From NCBI GenBank assembly GCA_000092065.1, contig CP000589.1: a DNA stretch of 64,000 nucleotides, one strand, 5' to 3'. The notes below the pieces were generated by a model. The model made no database searches, was not told the origin of the DNA, and worked only from the letters and a program-made list of their open reading frames with translations. Source of the stretch: Ostreococcus lucimarinus (Eukaryota). Made by a program: the position numbers and the translations under genes. Every line of letters begins with the position of its first letter. Position 1 is the first letter of the stretch. This document shows positions 17,494 through 26,964 of the stretch, one piece after another.

Positions 17494-19437
17494 ATGTCGG
17501 CGTTCGCGCGACGCGCGACGACGGCGCAGTGCGCGACGGCGCGCGGTGGGCGAAAAAGTGCGCGCGCGATGACGACGTCGTGCGCGACCTCGCACGCGTC
17601 GCGAGCCGCGGCGTGCGCGGTCGTCGTGACGCCGAACGCGCGATGGTCGCGCGCGCGCGCGACCGCGCGCCGTGGACGCGCGATCGGTGCGATCGAAGAC
17701 CCGTCGGAGGTGTTCAAAGAGGAGGACCTGGATAACATCGTCTTCGTCGACCTCGCGAACGAGGAGGCGGCCATCTCGAATAAGTCTGGCGCCGGTGCGA
17801 CGATGGCGGCGCCGGATTGGATGACCCAGTTGAACCGACTGTGGGGTGGGGCGTCGGAGATTCCCGTGGCGGACGCGAAACTGGAGGATATCACGGGATT
17901 GCTCGGAGGCGGGTTGTTTCAGCCGCTGTTCAAGTGGATGCGAGAGAGCGGGCCGGTGTATTTGCTTCCCACGGGACCCATCACGTCGTACGTCGTCGTG
18001 AGCGATCCCGACTGCATTAAACAGGTGTTATTCAACTACGGAAGCCGGTACATCAAGGGCACAATCGCGGAGGCGGGTGAATTTTTGTTTGGATTGGGCG
18101 TCGCGTTGCAAGAGTTGGAGCCGTGGAAGATTCGACGGAAGGCGGTGGCGCCCTCTTTGCATCGCAAATACGTCGAAGCGATGGTGGATAGATGCTTTGG
18201 TCCGTGCGCCGATCGGATGGTGAGTATTTTGGAGGGCGAAGCTGGCGCTGGCGGCGTCGGTGGCGTGAACATGGAGAGTCGATTTAGCAAGACGGCGCTC
18301 GACATCATCGGCATCTCCGTGTTCAATTACGACTTTGAGGCGCTCACGACGGCGGCGCCGGTGATTCAAGCCACGTATACTGCGCTCAAGGAGGTCGAGA
18401 CACGATCGATGGATCTTTTGCCCACGTGGCGCTTGCCTGAGAAGTTCTTGCGCGTCGTTAGCCCGCGCCAACGCGACGCGCAAGACGCCGTCACCGTCAT
18501 TCGCGACGTCACCCAGCGACTCGTGGACGACTGCAAGCGCATGGTCGAGGAGGAAGAAAAGGTCGGTGGCGCTGAAGAGTGGGCTCGCGATTACTTGAAC
18601 GAGTCAAATCCTTCGGTGTTGCGCTATCTCATCGCTGCGCGCGAAGAAGTGTCTTCGACGCAGCTCAGAGACGATTTGCTCTCGCTTCTCGTCGCCGGTC
18701 ACGAAACCACCGCATCGGTGCTCACGTGGGGCACGTACGAGCTTCTCAAGCCTGAAAACGCGGAGCAGCTTCGCTTACTTCGAGCCGAGCTCGATGAAGT
18801 GCTAGGCACGCGTCCGTTCCCGACGTTTGCGGATTTACCAAAGATGCCCTACCTCGAGCGATGCTTTCACGAGTCCATGCGGCTTTATCCGCAACCTCCC
18901 GTGTACACGCGACGCGCCGTCGTGGAGGATGTCTTGCCCAACGGCATGACGATACCAAAGAACCAAGATTTATTGGTATCGATTTACAACCTCCACCGTT
19001 CGCCCACGAGTTGGGGGCCGACATCGCAAGAGTTCGAGCCCATGCGCTTCGGACCGCTGGCGAACGGGCAACCGAACGAGTTAAACACGGACTACCGCTA
19101 CGTGCCGTTTAGCGCCGGACCGAGGCGATGCCCCGGGGATAAGTTTGCCGTCTACGAGGGCATCGTCATTTGGGCCACGATGTTCAGGCGATTAGACTTG
19201 GAGTTAAAGGCTGGTCACGACGTTGTCATGACGTCTGGGGCGACGATTCACACGAAGAGCGGTTTGTTAGCCACCGTCAAAGCGCGCGCCATGCGAGAAG
19301 TCGCCGAGGCGGACCGTGTCGACTGGGCTAACTTGAAGCCTGCGAAGGATATCGGCGAGGAGTGGATGGAAAAGGCACTCTTCAATAGCGAAGCGACCGG
19401 TGCGGTGAGCGCGGGTAAATGCCCCATGGGTCATTAA
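17494..19437 (+). CDS. CYP97: Cytochrome P450, CYP97-like (carotenoid hydroxylase clan) with transit-peptide-like N-terminus
   Basis: Heme-binding loop FSAGPRRCPGDKFAVYEGIV, I-helix VAGHETTASVLTW, ExxR in HESMRLYP and PxRF. FA..E.IV....F.RL..EL after the Cys loop resembles CYP97. The track start 17314 lies in an Arg-rich upstream region. The first plausible ATG is 17494. Confidence 0.8.
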   Translation: MSAFARRATTAQCATARGGRKSARAMTTSCATSHASRAAACAVVVTPNARWSRARATARRGRAIGAIEDPSEVFKEEDLDNIVFVDLANEEAAISNKSGAGATMAAPDWMTQLNRLWGGASEIPVADAKLEDITGLLGGGLFQPLFKWMRESGPVYLLPTGPITSYVVVSDPDCIKQVLFNYGSRYIKGTIAEAGEFLFGLGVALQELEPWKIRRKAVAPSLHRKYVEAMVDRCFGPCADRMVSILEGEAGAGGVGGVNMESRFSKTALDIIGISVFNYDFEALTTAAPVIQATYTALKEVETRSMDLLPTWRLPEKFLRVVSPRQRDAQDAVTVIRDVTQRLVDDCKRMVEEEEKVGGAEEWARDYLNESNPSVLRYLIAAREEVSSTQLRDDLLSLLVAGHETTASVLTWGTYELLKPENAEQLRLLRAELDEVLGTRPFPTFADLPKMPYLERCFHESMRLYPQPPVYTRRAVVEDVLPNGMTIPKNQDLLVSIYNLHRSPTSWGPTSQEFEPMRFGPLANGQPNELNTDYRYVPFSAGPRRCPGDKFAVYEGIVIWATMFRRLDLELKAGHDVVMTSGATIHTKSGLLATVKARAMREVAEADRVDWANLKPAKDIGEEWMEKALFNSEATGAVSAGKCPMGH

Positions 19438-19508
19438 GCGATAGCGCGAATGTTTTAGTACGAAGCGAAAAAGCCCGAAAATAATTTCTCAAACCGTGCG
19501 TCGCGTCA

Positions 19509-19513
19509 TTACA
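19509..19513 (-). promoter_or_regulatory. TGTAA (ttaca on plus) about 50 nt downstream of the RPS9 stop on the minus strand
   Basis: cgtcaTTACAatc on the plus strand. Confidence 0.3.
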
Positions 19514-19563
19514 ATCTAGACGTTAATTATCACGCGACCACCCCCAATCGACCGAAGAATCCT

Positions 19564-20142
19564 CTATTCATCTTCTTCTTCTTCATCACCGTCGCCACCG
19601 GCGGCCGCAGCCATGCGCTTTCTCTTGACGCGACCCGGTCGACCGCCGCCCAACGGAGAGTTGAGCGCGAAGTCGATGTGCTTTTGGCTGTCCGTGCGCA
19701 CCAAAAAGCTCGGCACATTCACGATTTGCTTACCGACGCGGATGTGACGTTGACGAATCAACACACGCGCGTGGTGCACAGACTTCGCCAAGCCAAGCTT
19801 GAAGACGAGCGTCTGCAAGCGGCGTTCCAAGAATTGCTCCGGCCCGAGCGCCAAGACGTAATCGAGCTTGTCCTGCGTCTCGTCCAACAACCCATAGTTG
19901 CGCATGCGTCGCATGATGGCCTCGCCTTCGAAGATTCGCTTCGGGTCCTTCTCATCGAGCGTCAACAAAACGCGCGCCGCGTTACGAAGCTTGTTCAGCG
20001 CGAATTGCACGCGCCACAACTCGCGCTTGTTGCGCAAGCCAAACTCACCGACGATCTTCAACTCGGCATCCAAACGTTCCTTCTCGAACGGACGTCTCGG
20101 CTTCTTGAACGTCTTCCCGTCTGCGCGCGTACGAAAATACAA
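19564..20142 (-). CDS. RPS9: 40S ribosomal protein S9 (uS4), main exon; initiator Met in an unlocated upstream exon
   Basis: Near-identity to eukaryotic RPS9 ([37 protein letters not shown]...[23 protein letters not shown]). The track 'M' at 20142 is a TTG codon. The frame is closed by TGA three codons upstream and holds no ATG. A CAG 3' splice-like site immediately precedes the conserved GKTFKK. Confidence 0.9.
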   Translation of the reverse strand: MYFRTRADGKTFKKPRRPFEKERLDAELKIVGEFGLRNKRELWRVQFALNKLRNAARVLLTLDEKDPKRIFEGEAIMRRMRNYGLLDETQDKLDYVLALGPEQFLERRLQTLVFKLGLAKSVHHARVLIRQRHIRVGKQIVNVPSFLVRTDSQKHIDFALNSPLGGGRPGRVKRKRMAAAAGGDGDEEEEDE

Positions 20143-20776
20143 ATCACAGTCAGTCTTTCATTCCCTCTCGCACTCGCGCGTCGTTCCACGTCGCCATCGC
20201 GACGCCGACGCCGCGTCCGCCCGCGCCGACGGAAACCCCACGCGACCCGCGTCGTGGCGCGAACATCCCCACCCTCGCCGCCTCCGAGCGCGCCGCGCCC
20301 CGTTCGCCGCCCGCGAACGCGCGATCGCAAATGTTTCCATCGTCCCACGCCATCGCATCGCCCGCCCGCGCATCGCCCGCGCGCCCGCGCGTCGCATCGC
20401 TCGCTCCCGCGCCAAAGCCCTAACGATGCGATCGATCGACGCGCGCGCGCGTCGTCCTCGCGCGTCGCGCGCGCGCCGCGTCCGCGCGTCGCGCGCGCCG
20501 TCGCATCGCTCGATACGCGCACGTACAGTTACGGTAGTAGGTGGACGACGGCATCTTGCGGCTGTCGCGTCACGAAGAGACGGACCGCGCGCGCGCGCGC
20601 GCGAGGTTCGGTCGGCCGCGCGCGGCGAGTCCTCGACGCTTTGAGTCGCGAACCGTCGATTTCACGGGTCACGTATTTTATGGATGAAACGCCCATGTGC
20701 GCGAAAGTAAACGGATCGCCCGGTCGGTCGCCCGACCGGGCGGTTGGGCAGTCGACGACGCGTCGGCCGCGTCGCC

Positions 20777-21682
20777 ATGGCGACGTGCGGCGTCGCCGCG
20801 CCGAGGGCCGTCGTGGACGTCGTCCTGAGCCGCGAGCAGGGCGAGGGACGCGGCGCGCGCGTGCGGCGATCGATCGGCACGGCGCGCTTGAAGCACTTCG
20901 ACCCATTCGTGATGCTCGACGAGTTCAAGGTGGCCACGCCGGCGGGGTTTCCCGATCACCCGCACCGCGGGATGACGACCGTGACGTACGTGCTGCCGAA
21001 TGCGGGGAACGGGTGCGTGGAGCACGAGGACAGCGTCGGGAACGCCGGGATGCTGCGACCCGGGGATCTGCAGTTCATGACGGCGGGACGAGGGATTTTG
21101 CACGCCGAGGTGCCGGAGAACGAGACGACGTGTCACGGGTTGCAGCTTTGGGTGAATTTGCCGGCGAAACATAAGATGGACGCGCCGGAGTATCAAGAGC
21201 TGCGAGCGAGCGAACTGCGGGAGGCGTCGAAGGACGGCGTTCGCGCCGTCGTCATCGCGGGCGAGGCGTTCGGGGCGGAGAGCCAGATTCGGACGAAACA
21301 AGCGCCCATGCATTACATTCACTTCACCATGTCGCCGTCGTCGCGGTTGGTGCAAAACGTGCCCGAAGGTTGGAACTGCTTGGCGTACACGCTGCGAGGA
21401 CGCGCGGATTTCGGTCGCTGCGAGGACGTGGACGCGCACAACACGGTGACGTTTAGCAATGAACCCGGCCAAGACGGCGTCGTGGTGCAAACGACGAGCG
21501 AAAGCGCGGAGTTCGTGCTCATTTCCGGGCGCCCCAACGACGAACCGATCGTCCAGCACGGACCGTTCGTGATGAACACGCGAGAGGAAATCTCTCAAGC
21601 GTTCGCCGACTTTCAGGGCGGCAAGAACGGCTTCGAATCCGTTCGAGGTTGGCGAAGCGAGATTCAATACCGAACGCGATAG
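20777..21682 (+). CDS. Pirin (bicupin, Fe-binding)
   Basis: PFVMLDEF..GFPDHPHRGMTTVTYVL...HEDSVGNAGMLRPGDLQFMTAGRGILHAE..HGLQLWVNLP reproduces the pirin N-terminal cupin signature. The track start 20744 is TTG. The first ATG is at 20777 and gives about 301 aa. Confidence 0.9.
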   Translation: MATCGVAAPRAVVDVVLSREQGEGRGARVRRSIGTARLKHFDPFVMLDEFKVATPAGFPDHPHRGMTTVTYVLPNAGNGCVEHEDSVGNAGMLRPGDLQFMTAGRGILHAEVPENETTCHGLQLWVNLPAKHKMDAPEYQELRASELREASKDGVRAVVIAGEAFGAESQIRTKQAPMHYIHFTMSPSSRLVQNVPEGWNCLAYTLRGRADFGRCEDVDAHNTVTFSNEPGQDGVVVQTTSESAEFVLISGRPNDEPIVQHGPFVMNTREEISQAFADFQGGKNGFESVRGWRSEIQYRTR

Positions 21683-21800
21683 CTCGACGCGAAGATGCTC
21701 CATTTGTATTTTACATTCCTTCTTATTTCCGTCGCTCGCCCTCGTCCGCCCGTCGCCCGCCCTCATCGTTCCCGCACACGCCGACGCGACGCGCGGCGGC

Positions 21801-22578
21801 ATGGCCAACGCCCTCAGGCGTCTCGCGACCGCGTCGTCGCGAGTCGCGCTCTCGCGCGTCGCCGCGGGCGCACCACGCGCGTTCGTCTCCGACGCCAGCG
21901 CGACCGCGACGCCGTGCTGGAGCTGCGACGCGCGAACGACGGCGTTGAATGATGACGCGTCGGCAAACTTTTTCTGCGACGCGTGCGGGGCGATTCAACC
22001 GCCCGTCGCCGCGGATTACTTCGCGCTGCTCGGAGTGTGCGTTTGCGATGTGACCGCGCGCGTTTTGCCCCGGACTGACGCGCGCGCGCGCGATGGACAG
22101 GGAACCAAAGTACGCGCTCGAGTCGGCGGCGCTCGAGGACGCGATGAAGCGTCGACAGAAACTGTTGCATCCGGATAAGTTTAGCACGAAGAGCGAACGC
22201 GAGCGAAGGTACAGCGCGGATCAAGCGTCGGCGGTGAACGAGGCGTACGGCACGCTGAGGGATCCGCTGCGAAGGGCGAAGTATATTTTGGAGGCGCGCG
22301 GTTGGGGGGTGACGGAGCGCGACGGGAGAGACGCGCCCGTGGATCCGGGGCTGTTGATGGAAGTCATGGAGGCTCGCGAGGCGATCGATGAGGCGAATGG
22401 GGACGCGGAGAAGCTGCGAGAGCTGTTGAGGGAGCACAGCGCGCGAGTGACTGCGTGTGAGGAGGAGACTCGCGCGGCGCTGGACGCGACGCCGATGGTT
22501 GGGGAGTCGGCAAAGGAAGCCGTCGTACGCTTGACGTACTTCGTTCGCATCGTAGAAGAAATAAAGGCGCTGCTTTGA
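21801..22578 (+). CDS. HSCB: HscB/Jac1-type J-domain co-chaperone for Fe-S cluster assembly (mitochondrial), two exons 21801..22036 and 22101..22578
   Basis: Exon 1 carries the targeting peptide, a tetracysteine CWSCD...FFCDACG module and DYFALLGV. Exon 2 carries KYALESAALEDAMKRRQKLLHPDKF (the HPD J-domain) and a helical C-domain. From my memory of human HSC20 (CWNCG..FFCPQC..DYFSLMDC + 22 aa + HPD), the spacing matches only after removing a 64-nt GT...AG intron. Confidence 0.8.
22037..22100 (+). other. Intron (64 nt, GTGTGC...CTGAC...GACAG) in HscB gene
   Basis: Removing it restores the frame and the conserved spacing between DYFALLGV and the HPD motif. A CTRAY branch-like CTGAC lies about 25 nt upstream of the AG. 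Confidence 0.7.
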
Positions 22579-22633
22579 TGCCGTTGCCGCTACATTAGCT
22601 TGATTATTTAGATATTACTACTCGTTGCTCGCC

Positions 22634-25009
22634 TTAAAACGAAATCAGATCGTCGTCTACTGACACGGCCGAGACAGAAGTTTCACTCGCTTTGGATTCT
22701 TCGCGCATTCGCTTGGACAATTTTCGGATGTGATCCTCCACGATCGAGATCGCTGCCTGTAGCTCGGGATGCGTGACAAATTTTCGCCCGTAATCCAACG
22801 AGTTTGCGCTGCGCGGAATGTGCATTTCTGCGTTTTCGGAACCAAATTTATTGAAGTCGCGCAGTGTCTGCGTCTCCATCTTTGTGCAACGATCGTCGAC
22901 GTATGTGCGAAGCTCAGTGAGCGTACGTTTCGTCTTGCTGCGTTCAACTTTGTCCCACTCGATACTCTCTTGCATCGCTTCGACACGCTTGGAGACATCG
23001 TCAAAGAGCTCACGGACCGTTGACGTCGACGGTCGATCCTTGATGGTGCGTTCCATGCTCTCATGCATGCTGTGAATGATGAGATCCTGCTCTTCTTGCT
23101 TTCTCGTCAAGTTTGCGATGCGAGACTGCATTGATCCCGACTGTTCGGAATACGCTGACACCGAGTACACTTCAAGGTGCGTCAACTTGCTAGGCGTGCC
23201 CAAAGGCGAGCCCGCGGGGGAGTAGGCGTATTCGCTGCGCGCGCCACCGACGCCGCCGAAGACGGCGTCTTGGATCATCATCAACTCCTTTCTGAACTCG
23301 TTCGTCGAACGGTCGGACGCGAGGCGCAGCTCTTCGCGCAAATCTCTCTCCACAGCGGCAACAGCATGGTTTAGTCTCTTCTCTACCGTTTGGAGAGCGA
23401 CGGCTTGCGCCTCGGCGTTTGGTTTGGCCGCCTGCCTCTCGAGTTTCATCGACACCTCGCAAGATTCCACGCGAAGCTCACTCGCAGCGACGCGCGCCTC
23501 AAATCTCTCGAACCGTTCATCTAACCGATCGATTCGCGTCTTGTGTCCCGCATCCGTGATGCCACGCGTCGCCTCGGCTTCACCCAACACGCGCTTCATC
23601 GCCCTGGTGTGCTCCTCGGAGACCTTGGACAACATGTCGACAGAATTCTTCTCGCTTCCTCTCAAAGCCGCGATGCTTTCCTCGCGTAATTCCGCGAACG
23701 ATGTGAACTGATTGTTGATCCACTGTTTTAACTCATCCGCGCGTTCCGACGCAGCCTTCATTTGATTCACGCTCGAGAGTACGCTCTCCTTGAACGCGTT
23801 GTTTTCGTCATCCGCTTTGCGCATCGCCTCTTCCGCGAGCGCGACGCACTTTCGCGTCTCTTGTGCGGCCCGCTCGGCGTTTCGCGCGGCGGCGCTATCC
23901 GTCGACGACTCAATTTCTCGAATTCGATATTCCATGACTTCTGTCACGGCTGATTCAGCCTTTTGGGTGACTTTCTCCACAACCTTTGCGCCCCACTCCT
24001 TGAGCTGAGACGACAAAACTTCGCCTTGCTCCTGTACCAAGCTCGCGTGTTGCTCAGCCGTCGATGCAATTTCATCGCCCAACGTCCCGATACGCTGGAC
24101 GTCCTTCTCTATGCGATCGATAGTTTGCTGGCCTCGAGACTCGATGCGTTCGACAAAGTCATTTGCCATCGATTCCATCTTCTCCGTCTGCGCCAACGCT
24201 TCTTTGAACCGCGCATACGTCTGGTCGACGTGCTCACATCGATCGTGCACTCGCTTAGCATCCTCGGCACAATCATCACTCAAACGCTCCATGGAATTCG
24301 CGAGCTCGCGCACCTCGAGTAGAGCCTCGCTGACGGTGTTGGCGTCTTGCGAAGCGCGCGCCGCACGCGCCTTCACGATTTCCAACTCGCTCGCGATGGA
24401 CGGCACGTCCGCCGCAGCGAGTGACAGCGCAGTTTGATTCGCCTTTAGTCGCGTCTCCTGCACTTCAACCTCCAACTCTCGCACGAGCGTGGTGACGTCT
24501 GACATCTCGCCCGCCATGGTCTCCAGTCGAGCGTCCACGGCTTTCGCCGCCGCCGCCGCGCCCTCCGTCGCCTTCACACTAATCTGCGTCTCGAGTTCAA
24601 ACAAGTCCACCGCTACCTTACTCGCCGTTGACGCGTGCAGCGTCTCCAGCGCCGCCAAGCGATCGAGCGTCGCCGCGTGTATCGCCCTCGACGCTTGCAA
24701 CTCCTCTCGCAGCGCGTTCGTCGCGTCCTCCAGCGCCTCCACCCTTCGTTCCGCCGCCTCGTGTCTCGCCTCCGCCAGCTCCAACTTCAGCGCGTCGACC
24801 TCCGATCGCGCCGCGTTCGAAGCCACGATCGCCGTTTCCGCGCCAGCGCTCATCGAGCGCGTTCTCAGCGCCTCCAGCTCCGCGCGCGTCGCCTCGGCGC
24901 CGCGCTCGTGGCGACGCAGCACGTACGCCATTCCCTCAAACGCCCTCCGCACGCACGGTCGCACGCTCTGCCAGTCCCGTTCGCCCTTGACGACGTCTTC
25001 GACGCGCAT
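22634..25009 (-). CDS. Large coiled-coil protein (at least 790 aa), function unknown
   Basis: Long helical, E/A/R/L/S-rich sequence with balanced composition over more than 2 kb. The in-frame ORF continues upstream to 25507 through Arg/Ala/Pro-rich sequence that also overlaps the cystathionine beta-lyase 5' region. 25009 (MRVEDVV) is a conservative start; the true start is uncertain. Confidence 0.45.
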   Translation of the reverse strand: MRVEDVVKGERDWQSVRPCVRRAFEGMAYVLRRHERGAEATRAELEALRTRSMSAGAETAIVASNAARSEVDALKLELAEARHEAAERRVEALEDATNALREELQASRAIHAATLDRLAALETLHASTASKVAVDLFELETQISVKATEGAAAAAKAVDARLETMAGEMSDVTTLVRELEVEVQETRLKANQTALSLAAADVPSIASELEIVKARAARASQDANTVSEALLEVRELANSMERLSDDCAEDAKRVHDRCEHVDQTYARFKEALAQTEKMESMANDFVERIESRGQQTIDRIEKDVQRIGTLGDEIASTAEQHASLVQEQGEVLSSQLKEWGAKVVEKVTQKAESAVTEVMEYRIREIESSTDSAAARNAERAAQETRKCVALAEEAMRKADDENNAFKESVLSSVNQMKAASERADELKQWINNQFTSFAELREESIAALRGSEKNSVDMLSKVSEEHTRAMKRVLGEAEATRGITDAGHKTRIDRLDERFERFEARVAASELRVESCEVSMKLERQAAKPNAEAQAVALQTVEKRLNHAVAAVERDLREELRLASDRSTNEFRKELMMIQDAVFGGVGGARSEYAYSPAGSPLGTPSKLTHLEVYSVSAYSEQSGSMQSRIANLTRKQEEQDLIIHSMHESMERTIKDRPSTSTVRELFDDVSKRVEAMQESIEWDKVERSKTKRTLTELRTYVDDRCTKMETQTLRDFNKFGSENAEMHIPRSANSLDYGRKFVTHPELQAAISIVEDHIRKLSKRMREESKASETSVSAVSVDDDLISF

Positions 25010-25301
25010 GAAGTCATCCACGGTGAACACGCGTCGCGTCGTCGCGTCCGCGCGCGTCGGCGTCGCGTTTTCGTTCGCCGTTGGCGAATGCGATGTCCCG
25101 CGTCGCGCGGCGTCATCGCGTCTGGGCGTCGCGCGCGCGCCCGGCGTCGCGCGCGCGCTCGGCGACGCCGCGGGCGACGCCGCGGGCGTCGTCTCCGCCG
25201 ACATGCGCCGCCTCGACGCGCCTCGACGCGAGTCGCTGTCTGCGGTCGCGGCCGCGCGCCCAACGGCCGCGATCGCGACACCGCGACGCCGCGCCGTCGG
25301 C

Positions 25302-26720
25302 ATGCTCGCGACGACGACGACGTCGACGACGTCGCGCGCGATCGTTCCGCGCGCCGCGCGCGCGCGCGCGGGCGCGCGCGCGGGCGCGGCGCCGGTGGCT
25401 CGGTCGAGGGCAAGCGCGGCGCCGACGGCGCGAAACCGCGGTCGAGGCGCGCGAGGGATCGCGCGCGCGCGCGATCGACGCGAGGACGCGCGAGGGGGAG
25501 TCGTCATGAGCGCCGGGACGAGCGGCGACGAGCCCGTGGCGCGAGATCCGAAGGATTATAAGATCGCGACGAAGCTCGCGCACGCGAAGACGAGCGTGAC
25601 GGACCCGTACGGGGCGTCGGCGCCGCCGTTGTATCAAACGGCCACGTTCGCGCAGCCGAGTGCGACTGAAAATGGACCGTATGATTACACGCGCAGTGGG
25701 AACCCGACGAGGACGCAGTTGGAGGAACAGATGGCGAATTTGGAATGCGCGGACCGGGCGTTTGCGTTTTCTTCGGGGATGTCGGCGTTGATGTGCGTCA
25801 CGCGATTGGTGAACGCGGGCGAGAGGATCGTGACGGGGGATGATATATATGGTGGGACGTCGAGGTTGCTCGCGCAAGTGGTGCCGAAGGTTGGGATCGA
25901 GGTGGTTAACGTCGACATGAACGACCACGACGCGGTGCGCGCGGCGATTCAGGGCGGGAACACGACGATGGTGATGATGGAGTCGCCCACGAACCCTCGT
26001 TTGCAAGTGATTGACATCAAGGCTATCTGTGATATGGCACACGAAAAGGGCGCGCTCGTGTGCGTCGATAACTCCATCATGTGCCCGACGTTTCAGGCGC
26101 CGCTCGCGCTTGGTGCGGATATTTCCATGACGTCGGCGACGAAGTTTATCGCGGGTCACTCCGACGTCACGGGTGGATTGCTCGCGTGCAACGGCGAAGA
26201 GCTTGGAAATCGTATTTACTTTCACCAAAACGCCGAAGGTTTGCATCTCGGCCCGTTCGATTGTTGGTTGGCGCTTCGCGGTTTGAAGACGATGCAGTTG
26301 CGCATGGAGCGTCAACAAGAAAACGCGATGAAACTCACGGCGTGGCTTGAATCGCACCCCCGCGTGAACAAGGTGAACTACCCGGGTCTGAAGGCAAACG
26401 TTGGGCACGAACTGCACTCGAAGCAAGCCTCCGGCGCGGGGTCGATCTTTTCCTTTACCACCGGCGACGTCGAATTTTCCAAAATCGTCGTCGAAGAGAC
26501 AAAGCTTCACAAAATCACCGTCTCGTTCGGGGGCACGACGTCCTTGATCTCTCTTCCGTGCTTCATGTCCCATGCCAGTATACCCGCCGAGGTTCGCGCC
26601 GCGCGTGGCTTGCCAGACGATCTCGTTCGCATTAGCTGTGGCATCGAGGACGCCGACGACTTGTTGGCTGACTTGCAGTACGCTTTCGCCGTCGCCGAAA
26701 AGCGCGTGGGTAAGGCGTAA
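25302..26720 (+). CDS. metC: Cystathionine beta-lyase (Cys/Met-metabolism PLP-dependent enzyme family) with plastid transit-peptide-like N-terminus
   Basis: YDYTRSGNPTR is the CBL hallmark. The PLP-lysine region is SATKFIAGHSDVTGG. There is a conserved DNSIMCP block and a C-terminal SLGGTTSLISLP. The track ORF (from 24489) includes non-coding antisense sequence. 25302 (MLATTTT) is a candidate start and 25507 (MSAGTSG) is an alternative. Confidence 0.85.
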   Translation: MLATTTTSTTSRAIVPRAARARAGARAGAAPVARSRASAAPTARNRGRGARGIARARDRREDARGGVVMSAGTSGDEPVARDPKDYKIATKLAHAKTSVTDPYGASAPPLYQTATFAQPSATENGPYDYTRSGNPTRTQLEEQMANLECADRAFAFSSGMSALMCVTRLVNAGERIVTGDDIYGGTSRLLAQVVPKVGIEVVNVDMNDHDAVRAAIQGGNTTMVMMESPTNPRLQVIDIKAICDMAHEKGALVCVDNSIMCPTFQAPLALGADISMTSATKFIAGHSDVTGGLLACNGEELGNRIYFHQNAEGLHLGPFDCWLALRGLKTMQLRMERQQENAMKLTAWLESHPRVNKVNYPGLKANVGHELHSKQASGAGSIFSFTTGDVEFSKIVVEETKLHKITVSFGGTTSLISLPCFMSHASIPAEVRAARGLPDDLVRISCGIEDADDLLADLQYAFAVAEKRVGKA

Positions 26721-26964
26721 ATCGATGCTATCACGCCGAGAAGACCCATAGTACGGTCTTGAATGGCCACGCTCAACGCTAAACTTCTTATTTTTTCATT
26801 GAATCAAACCAATCCCAAACTTCTCCGCGTCGGCGTCTCCCGATATCGACCTGAACCGACATTCCTCGGAAGTCAGGCGGCAAACTGAGCCACACATTTC
26901 AACGCACGTAGCGCGCTCAGACCGCAGCGCGCGTACACCAAACCTCCAAACAAAATTCAACAGA

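Noticed and set aside
21625-21645. ggcttcgaatccgttcgagg resembling a tRNA T-arm
   Set aside because: It lies inside the conserved pirin C-terminus coding sequence (NGFESVRGW) with no matching acceptor or anticodon arms.
20678-21808. 376-aa minus-strand ORF
   Set aside because: It is antisense to pirin. It is Arg/His/Leu-rich.
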